NCBI GenBank assembly: GCA_965200265.1 | Contig: OZ241357.1 | Coordinates: 1,731,003-1,795,002 of the forward strand | DNA: 64,000 bases | Direction of reading: 5' to 3' | Source: Alphaproteobacteria bacterium | Lineage (GTDB): Bacteria > Pseudomonadota > Alphaproteobacteria > UBA2966 | In this document: in pieces, positions 51,063 through 63,900 of the stretch | Numbering within the stretch: the stretch's first letter is position 1 | Layout of the letters: each line of letters opens with the position of its first letter | The notes under the pieces: model-generated | The model's database searches: none | What the model saw: only the letters and a program-made list of their open reading frames with translations | What the model was told of the DNA's origin: nothing | Position numbers and translations under genes: made by a program

Positions 51063-51917
51063 CTACCCCTGAAGCGCCGTGGCGTTCCAGCTCGCCCACC
51101 AGTAGACGAAGGTGAACAGGAAAAGCCACACGACGTCGACGAAGTGCCAGTACCACGCCGCCGCCTCGAAGCCGAAGTGGTGATCCGGCTTGAAGTGGCC
51201 CTTGTAGGCGCGAATCAGGCAGACCGTCAGGAAGCCCGTCCCGATGATGACGTGCGCGCCGTGGAAGCCGGTCGCCATGTAGAACGTCGAGCCGAAGATC
51301 CCGCCGTCGATGGTGAACGAGGCGTGCATGTACTCGTATGCCTGGACGCCCGTGAACGCGACGCCGAGGAGGATGGTGAGCCACAGGCCGCGGATCATGT
51401 TGTCGCGGTCGCCTTCCTTGAGCGCGTGATGCGCCCACGTGACGGTCGTTCCCGAGGTCAGGAGGATGATGGTGTTGAGAAACGGCAGCGACCAGGGGTT
51501 GAACGGCGTCACGCTGGTCGGCGGCCACTGGCCCCCGGTGTACTCGGCCCGGCCGATCATCTCCATGCTGTTCTCGCTGCCGCCGGGATAGAGCGAGGCG
51601 TCGAAGAAGGCCCAGAACCAGGCGACGAAGAACATCACCTCGGACGCGATGAACAGCACCATGCCGTAGCGCAGTCCGATCTGGACGACCGGCGTGTGGT
51701 CGCCGCGAACCTCGCCCTCGTCGACGACGTCCCGCCACCAGCAGATCATGGTGTAGGCCAGGATCGCCGCGCCGATCACCAGCACCCACGGCGTCATGCC
51801 GTGCATGTAGAAGATCAGGCCGAACGCCGTCACGAGCGCGCCGACGGCCCCCACCGCGGGCCACGGACTCGGATCCACGAGATGGTAGCTGTGTCCTCTT
51901 GCGTGCGTGTCAGCCAT
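51063..51917 (-). CDS. ctaE: Cytochrome c oxidase subunit III
   Basis: HSYHLVDPSPWP...WWRDV...HHFGFEAAAWYWHFVDVVW. Confidence 0.95.
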   Translation of the reverse strand: MADTHARGHSYHLVDPSPWPAVGAVGALVTAFGLIFYMHGMTPWVLVIGAAILAYTMICWWRDVVDEGEVRGDHTPVVQIGLRYGMVLFIASEVMFFVAWFWAFFDASLYPGGSENSMEMIGRAEYTGGQWPPTSVTPFNPWSLPFLNTIILLTSGTTVTWAHHALKEGDRDNMIRGLWLTILLGVAFTGVQAYEYMHASFTIDGGIFGSTFYMATGFHGAHVIIGTGFLTVCLIRAYKGHFKPDHHFGFEAAAWYWHFVDVVWLFLFTFVYWWASWNATALQG

Positions 51918-52521
51918 CTTTCCTGTTCACTCCCGAGCTTTCGATTCGATGCGCGGCGGCGCCGTCGCCTTCCCCGTCGTCTTCCCCGTCCATCCCGGCG
52001 TCGAAGAACGTATAGGACAAGGTGATCGTCTTCACGTCGGACACGCCCGGATCGTCGAGGATCGCGGGATCGATGAAGAACGACACCGGCATCTCCGCGC
52101 GCTCGCCCGCCGCCAGGACCTGGCGTTCGAAGCAGAAGCAGTCGATCTTGTCGAAATACGGCCCCGCCTTGTGCGGCGTGACGTTGAAGGTCGCCGTTCC
52201 GGCGATGGCGTATCCGGCCTCGTTGCGCGCCTCGTAGAACGCGAGCGTCTCCTCGCCGAGCCGCACCGTCACCTCGCGCCGGAGCGGGCGGAAGCGCCAC
52301 GGCAGCCCGCCGGACGTGTCGGCGTTGAACCGGACGGTCATCAGCCGCCCGTCCACGGGGCCCGGCGCGGCGGCCGCTGTCCGCGTGGCGCCGCCGTACC
52401 CCGTCACCTGGCAGAACAGCTCGTAGAGCGGCACGGCCGCGTAGGCCATGCCGACCATGCCGGCGGCCACGCCGGCCAGCGCCATCGCCGTCCGCCGGTT
52501 CCTGCGTCTCGACTCCGCCAT
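51910..52521 (-). CDS. ctaG: Cytochrome c oxidase assembly protein CtaG/Cox11
   Basis: AVPLYELFCQVTGYGG...CFCF copper-binding motif (KIDCFCFERQ). Confidence 0.9.
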   Translation of the reverse strand: MAESRRRNRRTAMALAGVAAGMVGMAYAAVPLYELFCQVTGYGGATRTAAAAPGPVDGRLMTVRFNADTSGGLPWRFRPLRREVTVRLGEETLAFYEARNEAGYAIAGTATFNVTPHKAGPYFDKIDCFCFERQVLAAGERAEMPVSFFIDPAILDDPGVSDVKTITLSYTFFDAGMDGEDDGEGDGAAAHRIESSGVNRKDG

Positions 52522-52643
52522 CAGCCGCCCATCTTCAGCTTGACGATGGTGAGAACGTAGAAAAGGAAGACCAGGCCGCAGAGCACGGCGCCCAACAGGA
52601 CGTTCCGGCCGCGGCGGCGCCTATGTTCCTCCGACGGCGGCAT
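52521..52643 (-). CDS. Small membrane ORF (40 aa) between ctaB and ctaG
   Basis: MPPSEEHRRRRGRNVLLGAVLCGLVFLFYVLTIVKLKMGG. ATG at 52643, stop overlapping the ctaG start (ATGA). Below the ORF-track size cutoff. A small ORF at this position is a recurring feature of alphaproteobacterial cta clusters. Confidence 0.45.
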   Translation of the reverse strand: MPPSEEHRRRRGRNVLLGAVLCGLVFLFYVLTIVKLKMGG

Positions 52644-52644
52644 G

Positions 52645-53556
52645 TCATCCCGGCGGACCCGTCGAGCCGTCGACCACGAGCAGGGCGAAGATCGAGAACA
52701 GGTAGACGATGGAAAATCCGAAGAGGCGGCGCGCCGAGCCCTCGTCCCGCGCGGTTCGCACCCTGATCGCGCCGGCCACGAACAGGGCGCCCAGCGCCGC
52801 CGCGCCGGCGGCGTAGACGGGCCCGGCGAAGCCGAGCACCGTCGGCATCAGGGTCACCGGCGGCAGGATCGCGCTGTAGAGCAGGATCCGGCGGCGCGTC
52901 TCCTCGAGGCCGGCCACGACCGGCAGCATGGGTATCCCGGCGCGCGCGTATTCCGCCGACCGGCAGAGGGCCAGGGCCCAGAAATGGGGCGGCGTCCACA
53001 GGAAGACGATCGCGAACAGGATCAACGGCTCGACCGCCACCTCGCCGGTCACCGCCACCCAGCCGATCAGCGGCGGAAACGCGCCGGCGGCGCCGCCGAT
53101 CACGATGTTCTGCGGCGTCCGGCGCTTGAGCCAGATCGTGTAGACGAACACGTAGAAGGCGATGGCGGCGGCGAGGAGCGCGGCCGCCGGGACGTTGACC
53201 GCGAGGCCCATCAGCGCCACCGACGCGACCGCCAGCGTCACGCCGAAGCCCAGCGCGTCGCCCCCGGCGATCCGCCCCTGGGGAACGGGCCGCGCGCGGG
53301 TGCGCTGCATGACGGCGTCGATGTCGGCGTCGTACCACATGTTGACGGCCCCCGCCGCGCCGGCCCCGACGGCGATGCAGAGCACGGCGATTCCGGCGAG
53401 CACGGGATGCAGGGCGCCGGGCGCCGCCAGCAGGCCCGCGAGGCCGGTGAACGCGACGAGCGACATGACCCGCGGCTTCAGCAGCGCCACGTAGTCCGCG
53501 GCGCCCGACTCCGACCCGGCGATCCCCGGACGGAGGTACGCGCTGCCGGCGGTCAT
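52645..53556 (-). CDS. ctaB: Protoheme IX farnesyltransferase (heme O synthase)
   Basis: [13 protein letters not shown]...[22 protein letters not shown] is the UbiA-family motif; multi-TM. Confidence 0.9.
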   Translation of the reverse strand: MTAGSAYLRPGIAGSESGAADYVALLKPRVMSLVAFTGLAGLLAAPGALHPVLAGIAVLCIAVGAGAAGAVNMWYDADIDAVMQRTRARPVPQGRIAGGDALGFGVTLAVASVALMGLAVNVPAAALLAAAIAFYVFVYTIWLKRRTPQNIVIGGAAGAFPPLIGWVAVTGEVAVEPLILFAIVFLWTPPHFWALALCRSAEYARAGIPMLPVVAGLEETRRRILLYSAILPPVTLMPTVLGFAGPVYAAGAAALGALFVAGAIRVRTARDEGSARRLFGFSIVYLFSIFALLVVDGSTGPPG

Positions 53557-53595
53557 GGCCCGGTGCGCCGGTCGGCGCGGGCCTTGCCTCGCCGC

Positions 53596-56060
<2,465 letters not shown>

Positions 56061-56352
56061 CGCCAATCCCGTCTCCTCGTTGCGGGACCCCGGGCGCCGG
56101 TCCAGCCACGTGGCCGAACGGCCGCCGGTTGCCCGGACCCGGACACGATCGCCGGCACGGCGCGGCGCGGGCACGGGTCCAAGCGGGCGGTCTCCGGCCG
56201 CTTCCGCAGCGCGCCGACCCGCCGACCGGCCAGCCCGCGAATCGGCCCGGAGGGTACACCAGGGAGGGCGCCGGCGGCAAGACCGCGAAACCGAAAATCG
56301 CGTCGATCTTTCGGCGTTCCTCCGGGCGCCCGGTCCGGGCGCCCGGCCGCGG

Positions 56353-56709
56353 CTACGGAAACAGCTTGAGGGCGGCGACGATCAGGCCGCCGACGGCGAT
56401 GACCAGCCCGCCGAGGCGAAGCATCGACTTGTCCGCCACGGCGTCGATCTTCTCATCGAGACGGACGATCTTCGCATCGAGACGGGTGATCTTCGCATCG
56501 AGACGGGTTTCAAGATTGGCGACCCCGGTCTTGAGGTTGGCGATGTCGGTCTTGATATCGGCTACGTCGGCCTTGCTGGCGACGCCTTCCGCAACGGCGT
56601 CGCGGACGGCCTCGGCGTGCGCTTCGGCCTGGACGTCGTCCACACCGGCCGCTTTCAGCCGCCGCGCGAAGGCGAGCGTATCGAATCCGGGCGTCCCCGT
56701 CGCGGTCAT
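56353..56709 (-). CDS. DUF1640-like coiled-coil protein with C-terminal TM anchor (copy A)
   Basis: MTATGTPGFDTLAFARRLKAAGVDDVQAEAHAEAVRDAVAEGVASKADVADIKTDIANLKT...SMLRLGGLVIAVGGLIVAALKLFP. Confidence 0.55.
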   Translation of the reverse strand: MTATGTPGFDTLAFARRLKAAGVDDVQAEAHAEAVRDAVAEGVASKADVADIKTDIANLKTGVANLETRLDAKITRLDAKIVRLDEKIDAVADKSMLRLGGLVIAVGGLIVAALKLFP

Positions 56710-56833
56710 GGCGGCACGATAGACCGGCCCGGCCCCGGCCACAAGCGCAAGGAGAGGGCGCCGCGCCCGGTCAAGATGCAGGGCAATCGCATCCGGAAAT
56801 TCCGGGTGGCCCTGCGATAGCCGGCGGCCGCGG

Positions 56834-57148
56834 CTACGGAAACAGCTTGAGGGCGGCGACGACCAGGCCGCCGACGGCGATGACCAGCCCGCCGAGGCGA
56901 AGCATCGACTTGTCCGCCACGGCGTCGATCTTCGCATCGAGACGGGCGATCTTCGCATTGAGACGGGTTTCAAGATTGACGACCTCGGTCTTGAGATCGG
57001 CTATGTCGGCCTTGCTGGCGACGCCTTCCGCAACGGCGTCGCGGACGGCTTCGGCGTGCGCTTCGGCCTGGATTTCGTCCACACCGGCCGCTTTCAGCCG
57101 CCGCGCGAAGGCGAGCGTATCGAATCCGGGCGTCCCCGTCGCAGTCAT
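56834..57148 (-). CDS. DUF1640-like coiled-coil membrane-anchored protein (copy B)
   Basis: Same N- and C-termini as copy A with a shorter coiled-coil segment. Confidence 0.55.
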   Translation of the reverse strand: MTATGTPGFDTLAFARRLKAAGVDEIQAEAHAEAVRDAVAEGVASKADIADLKTEVVNLETRLNAKIARLDAKIDAVADKSMLRLGGLVIAVGGLVVAALKLFP

Positions 57149-57273
57149 GGCGACACGATAGACCGGCCCGGCCCCGGCCACAAGCGCAAGGAGAAGGCGC
57201 CGCGCCCGGTCAAGACGCAGGGCAACCGCATCCGGAAATTCCGGGGGGGCCTTGCGGTAGCCGGCGGCCGCGG

Positions 57274-57627
57274 CTACGGAAACAGCTTGAGGGCGGCGAC
57301 GATCAGGCCGCCGACGGCGATGACCAACCCGCCGAGGCGAAGCATCGACTTGTCCGCCACGGCGTCGATCTTCGCATCGAGACGGGCGAACTTCGCATCG
57401 AGACGGGTTTCAAGATTGGCGACCTCGATCTTGAGATTGGCGACCTCGATCTTGAGATCGGCGACATCGGTCTTGAGATCGGCGACATCGGTCTTGAGAT
57501 CGGCGATGTCGGTCTTGAGATTGGCAATGTCGGTCTTGATATCGGCTACGTCGGCCTTGCTGGCGACGCCTTCCGCAACGGCGTCGCGGACGGCTTCGGC
57601 GTGCGCTTCGGCCTGGATTTCGTCCAC
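57274..57627 (-). pseudogene. DUF1640-like copy C, 5'-truncated by a deletion between GCCGCGC direct repeats. Carries a 7x 21-bp intragenic VNTR.
   Basis: Relative to copies A and B it lacks the ATG and the first ~20 codons. An ORF remains only from an in-frame GTG (VDEIQAEAHA...). The coiled coil is expanded by (D/T)(I/V)A(D/N)LK(T/I) heptads encoded by 21-bp tandem repeats at 57400-57560. Confidence 0.45.
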
Positions 57628-57747
57628 ACCGGCCGCTTTCAGGCGCCGCGCCCGGTCAAGACGCAGGGCAATCGCATCCGGAAATTCCGGGGGGCCCTGC
57701 GACAGCCGGCGGCCGCGGCACGGTATCGAGAACGGAGCGCCCGAGAA

Positions 57748-57921
57748 TCATCCGGTCGCACGCGCCCAGGCCACCGCATCGGCCACGTCGGTCTCCGTGA
57801 TGCCGGGCCCGGCCAGCTTGGCGCGCACCGCGTCGGCGCGGTTCACGCGCACCGGAGTCAGCACGATCCGTCCGTTCTCCTCGGTCACGTCGAGATACTC
57901 GCTCCCCTCGACGGCGGACAT
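57748..57921 (-). CDS. Small ORF (57 aa) resembling the C-terminal half of a MazE/AbrB-fold protein, 2 nt downstream of the giant adhesin gene
   Basis: MSAVEGSEYLDVTEENGRIVLTPVRVNRADAVRAKLAGPGITETDVADAVAWARATG, compared with MazE ...[33 protein letters not shown]. Confidence 0.3.
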   Translation of the reverse strand: MSAVEGSEYLDVTEENGRIVLTPVRVNRADAVRAKLAGPGITETDVADAVAWARATG

Positions 57922-57923
57922 CG

Positions 57924-60900
57924 TTACCACCTCAGTCGCAGTTCGAGGCCGGCGCCGTGTTCGGGGGTGGCGGTGCCTTCCTTGCGTTCGGCCTGGAGGC
58001 CCACCGCCACGTCCGGGCCGAACGCGAACCGCGTCCCCAGGCGGTAGCGGCGCTCGCCGTCGTTCCCGTAGCCGACCCCGGCATGGGGCGTCGCCAGGCC
58101 GGACCCCTCCCAGAACCCGATCCCGTACCCCACCTCCGCCTCCAGATGCACCGTGTCGGCAGCGGCATCGGCGGTGGCGCCCGGCGACGCGCGGCCCGTC
58201 ATCCCTTCGTCCCACAGCCGCGCAAGCCCGCTCTCCGACGCCCCCCAGCGCGGCGACAGCGCCAGCGACAGGCCCCGGCCCCCGGACCCCGGCGACAGGC
58301 GCGCCGTGCCCGACACGCCCCATTCCTCCACGTCGCCCTGATGGGCCACCAGCGCCCGCCCCCGCGCCTCCACCGACAGGCCACGCGACGGCAGCGTCCA
58401 CTCCACGCCGCCGCCCAGCTCCATCCCCGCGCCCGTCTCCCCGTCGCCGCCGTCCCAGCGCGCGCCCACCTCCAGCGACGGCGTGAACGCGCCGCCGCCC
58501 GCCAGCGCCCACGTCCGCCGCGCCTCCGCCGCCAGACGCACCCGCCGCGTGTCCACCGACACCTCCGCCAGCGCCAGCCCGTTGTCGTCCACCGAATACC
58601 GCGTCGCCTCCCCCGACCCCTTCACCGACACCACCAGGCCGTTCGCCGACACCACCGGAACCGAGCCGCCCACCGCGACGCCCACGAACGCGCTGTCGCC
58701 CTTCTGAACCCCGAAACGCTCCACGAACTCCGTGTCCGCGATCTCGATCTCGCCCTCGCCGTAGCCCAGCGCACCCCACAGCCGCGAGCCGTCGGCGCCG
58801 GACCAGCCCAGATACGGATGCACCGCCGCGAGACGGCTCACGTGGACGCCCGTCACCGCCTCGTCGCCGCTGCGGTCCGTGTACTCGATCTCGCCCTCGA
58901 TCCACGACGCCGCAAGGCCGCCCCGCAGACCCTCGCCCAGCAGCGCGTCCATGCCCACGTGCGCCGCGAACAGATCGCCCGACCAGTCCAGCGACCCCTT
59001 GTCCAGCGCCAGCGAACGCCGGCTCCCGCCGCCCCACACCACCGCCGAGGAGCCGGAGCCGGAACCGCCGACGCCGCCATCGGCACCGCTGCCGGACCCG
59101 CCGCCACTGCCGCCATCGCCGCCCAGCGCCACCGCGAACGTCCGCCCCTCCACGACATCGCGCCACGTCACCCCGGACTTGTCCTGCATCCCCTCCCGCG
59201 CCTTCAGCGCCGAGGCCAGCGTGTCCGCCATCCCCGAACCCGCGCCCGAGGACTCGAGACGCCCCGTCACCGCTTCCACCACGCTCCCCCACGTCGCCCG
59301 CGACAGCTCCGGCAGAACCGACCGGTTCACCGCCGCATAGCGCGCACGCGCCTTCTTCAGGGTCGACACCACCTCGATGGTGAACTCCAGCACGTCCTGC
59401 TGTTCTGGGTCGATGTCGTCCGTCGCCGTCCAGGTGTAGCGCCTCTCCGCGAACTCCTCCGTCGGCGTCCCCGACAGAACCCGCGTCGCATCGTCGAACC
59501 TCAGCCCCGGCGGCAGGACCAGCGGCCGCGGACCCAACTCGTGGCTCGTGCTGTCGCCGCCTTGCGCCTCTCGCAGCGTCACCGGCGGATCAATGGCCTC
59601 GTCCACCGTGAACACCATCGCCGTCAGGGTGTAGTCGAACTCCGGAACCGTGTCCTTGTACCCCACCGCGAACGGCGAGAACGACGCCACGTCGGCGGCG
59701 CACACCCGTGTGCCCTCGTCGCGCGATCCCCCCGGCAGCGGCGCTCCGTCGTGCAACAGGATCAGCGTCCGGCCCCGCGCCGCCGTCCGCAGGGCGTCCG
59801 TCACCCGCAGGCACAGCCGCTGCACGGCCACCGCCGGAGAGACGTCAATGTCCACCGCCACCCGCGCCTCTTCCGGCCCAAGGCTCCACCCGCTTTCCGC
59901 CTCCGCCGCCGCGCGGCCCCCGGACAGCGCCGCCACCGTCACCGTCACCGGGCGGTCGAGATTCCGCGGCAGCTGGAACTCCACCACGTCCTCGCTAACG
60001 CTCTCCTCCACCGTCTGCGTGACGAGGTGGCCGTTCACGTTGTAGGTCGTCTCCCCCGCCGCGCCATCCGTCACGATCCCGGTATCGCCGTCCTCGTCCA
60101 CCGCCACGGTCAACGTCCCCGTCACCCCGCCGTAACCGCCGCCCGATACCGTGTGCGTCAGCGACGCCGTGTCGGCAAGGTCGTCCTCGTCCGCTTCCGC
60201 GGTCACCGTCACCGTCTGCGGCGCGTTCCAGGCCGACACCGCAAAGGTCAGACGACGGGGATCGACGCTCACATCGTCGTTGTCGCTCGTCACCGCCACC
60301 GTCACCGGCCCCGTGGGCTGCGAGGTCAGTTCCACCGTGTAGCCGGCACCGCCGCCGGCCACATCCACCGCCACCACGCCGGCGGTCGTGCCGGCGGCAA
60401 TCAACAGCAACCCCTTCTCGTCGATGTCCCTGATGGTCAGCGTCGCGGCCGTCACGGTCATGGTCATCGAATCCGCCGTGGCGCGGGAGTTCCCCGGGTT
60501 CCCCATCGCCGAAACCCTCACCATCTTGTTCGGCGTATCCACGGTGTCGTGATTCGCCGTGATCGTCACCACGCCGCCGCTCGATATGCTCCCCGCCGCG
60601 ATCGTCAGCGTCGCCGCCGTGCTCAGCGTGAAGTCGCCCGCAACCGCCGGCGACACCGGCGAAGCCGTCACCGTCACCGTGGTGTCCGCGCTCGACGGGT
60701 GCGACAGCCGCGCCGTCACCGTCGATACCCCGCCGTCCTCCGTAACCGACGACGGCGCCAGCGCCAGCGTCACCCCCGGCGCGTCGTCGTCGTCCGTCGT
60801 CGTCACGTCAACGTTCTCGTCGATGCCGTCGTAGTTGCCGTCGCCGCCGCTCATCGGGTCGAGCCGCACCTGCCACGGCACGTTGCCGTCGTCGACGTCG

Positions 60901-63900
60901 TCGTCCACCCCCGTCACCGTCACCGTCCGCGCCGCGTTCCAGTTCCCCGTCGTGAACGTCAGCGACGACGGCGAGACCGTGCCCTCACCCGTATCCCGGC
61001 TCGAAACCGCCACCGTCACCGCCGCCGACGGCCGCGTCAGCAGCGCCACCGTGAACGTCGCCGTACCTCCCGCCTCCGTCACCGTCAGCCCGGTCGCCCC
61101 CACCAGGTCGAGGCCGAACTCGTCGTCGCGGATCGTCAGCGTCGCGACCGACGGGTCCGACACCCCGTGGCCCCCCGCCGCCGTCGCCGACACGCTCACG
61201 CGCTTGTTCCCATCCGCATCGTTGTTGTCGACCCCCGTCACCGTCACCAGGCCCGCGCTCGTCGTCGATCCCGCCGCGATCGTCAGCGTGTTCCCCGTCC
61301 GCGTGAAGTTGCCCGCAACCGCCGGCGCCACCGCCGTCGTCGCCACCGTCAGCGTCGCCGCCTGCGTCGCCGGATGCGACAGCCGCGCCGTCACCGTCGA
61401 GATGCCCCCGTTCTCCGAGATCGCCGACGGGTTCAGCACCAGCGCCGCCGTCGCCGTCGCATCGTCGTCGGTGATCGTCAGCGTCACGGCCGGCGGCGCC
61501 GCCACCCCGTTGCCGCCCGCCGCCATCGCCGTCACCGTCACCTGCTTGTCCGCGTCGGTCCCGGTGTCCACGTTGTTGTCGACGCCCGTCACCGTCACCG
61601 TCCCGGCGCTGGTCGTCGACCCCGCGGCGATGGTCAGCGTCGTCGCCGTGCTCAGGGTGAAGTCGCCCGCAACCGCGTTCGTCGAGGCCACCGCCGCGGC
61701 AGCGACCGTCACCGTCGTCGCCGCGCTCGACGGACCCGACAGCGTCGCCGTCACCGACGACACCCCGCCGTTCTCCGAAATCGACGCCGGCCCCAGCACC
61801 AGCGCCACCGTCGGCAGCGTCTCGTCGTCGGTCAAGGTCAGCGCCGCGCCCGTCACCGCGCCCGCCCCCTGGCCGTTCGCCAAGGTTCCCGTCACCGTCA
61901 CGCTGCGCCCCGCGGTCCCCTGGTGGACGTCGTCGTCCACGCCCGCGACCGTCGCCGTGTCCGAGGCCGCCGTGGTGGACCCCGCGGCGATGACGATGGT
62001 GGCGTCCGTACCCGCCGTGTAGGCCCCGGAAACCGACGTCACCGTCACCGTCGACGGCTCGCTCGACGGGCCCGACAGCGTCGCCGTCACCGTCGCGATG
62101 CCGCCGTTCTCCGAAACCGACGCCGGGTTCAGCGCCAGCGTCGCCCCCGGCGCCGACTCGTCGTCCTCCAGCGTCAGCGTCGCCCCCGTCACCGTCATCG
62201 TCGTCGAATCGGCCACCGCCCGGGCGTTGGCCGCCGTCGCCGTCACCGTCGCCGTCCGGTTCGGCTCGTCCGTCGTGTTGTCCACCGCCGTCACCAGCAC
62301 CGTGTCCGTGGGCGCCGCTGTCGCCTCCGCCGGGATGACGATGGTGGCGTCCGAACCCACCGTGAAGGCCCCGGAGACCGCCGCCACCGTCAGCGTCGTC
62401 GCCGCCCCCGACCCGTGCGAAAGCCGCGCCGTCACCGTCGCCAGCCCGCCGTTCTCCGCCACCGACGACGGCGACAGCGCCATCGTCACCGTCGGCGGGC
62501 CGTCGTCGTCCGTCGTGGTCACGTCCACGTTCACGTCGTCGAGGCCGTTGTAGTTGCTGTCGCCGCTGCTCGACGTATCCAGGCGCACCTGCCACGTCAC
62601 CGTCCCGTCGTCGATGCTGTCCTGAACCCCCGTCACCGTCACCGTCTGCGCCGTGCTCCAGTCCCCCGTCGTGAAGGTCAGCGTCGGCGGCGACACCGTC
62701 CCCTCGCTCGTATCCCGGCTCGTCACCGCCACCGTCACCTCCGCTGTCGGCTGCGTGTTCAGCCGCACCGTGAAGGTGGCCGTCCCGCCCGCCTCCGTCG
62801 CCTGGCCGCTCACCGCGCTCTCCGACAGCCCGAACTCGTCGTCGCGCAGGATCAGCGTCGCGGCGGACGGGTTCGACACCCCCCGGCCCCCCGCCGCCGT
62901 CGCCGACACCGTCACCTGCCTGTTCCCCGTGGCATCGTTGTTGTCGACGCCCGTCACCGTCACCAGGCCCGTGCTCGTCGTCGCGTTCGCCGCGATGGTC
63001 AGCGTGGTGGTCGAACTCAGCGTGAAGTCCATCGCATCCGCCGGCGAAACCGCAGTCGCCGCCACCGTCAGCGTCGCCGCCTCGGTGGTCGGATGCGACA
63101 GCCGCGCCGTCACCGTCGAGACCCCGCGGTCCTCCAGAATCGTCGACGGGTCCAGCACAAGCGTCGCCGTCGCGTCGTCGTCGTTGGTCAGCGTCAGCGC
63201 GGCGAGACCCGGGTTCTGTATGCCGTTGCCGCCCGTCGCCGTCGCCGAAAGCCGCAACAGCTTGTTGGCCGCGTCCACGTTGTTGTCGACGCCCGTCACC
63301 GTCACCAGCCCCGTGCTGGTCCGCGAACCCGCCGCGATGGTCAGCGTCGTCCCCGACTGCGTGAAGTCGCCCGCCACCGCCCCCGACGACGCCACCGCCG
63401 TCACCGTCACCGTCACCGTCGTCGCCTCGCTCGACTTGCCCGAAAGCCCCGCCAGCTGCGCCGTCACCGTGGCGATGCCGCCGTTCTCCGAGATCGAACC
63501 GGAAAGGGGGTCGATCAACAGCGACGCCGTCGGCAGGTTCTCGTCGTCGGTGATCGTCAGCGACGCGCCGGTCACCGAACCCGCTCCCTGGCCGTTGGTC
63601 AGCGCCGCCGTCACCGTCGCCGAACGCCCCGCGTTCCCGTGGTGGAGGTCGTCGTCCACCACCCTGATCGTCGCCGTGTCCGTCGCGTTCGTCGTCGCAC
63701 CCGCGGCGATGACGATGGTCGCGTCCGTTCCCGCCGTGTAGGCCCCGGAGACCGCCGTCACCGTCACCGTCGACGGCTCGCTCGACGGATGCGACAAGGT
63801 CGCCGTCACCGTCGAGACGCCGCTGGGCTCCGCGATCGACGCCGGGTTCAGCGCCAGCGTCACCCCCGGCCCCGCGTCGTCGTCGGCGATCGCCAGCGTC

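Noticed and set aside
57748-59292. 514-aa minus ORF (Gly/Arg-rich) overlapping the 3' part of the giant adhesin
   Set aside because: Different frame from the adhesin. Only its last 57 codons (from ATG 57921), lying beyond the adhesin stop, are considered a possible small gene.
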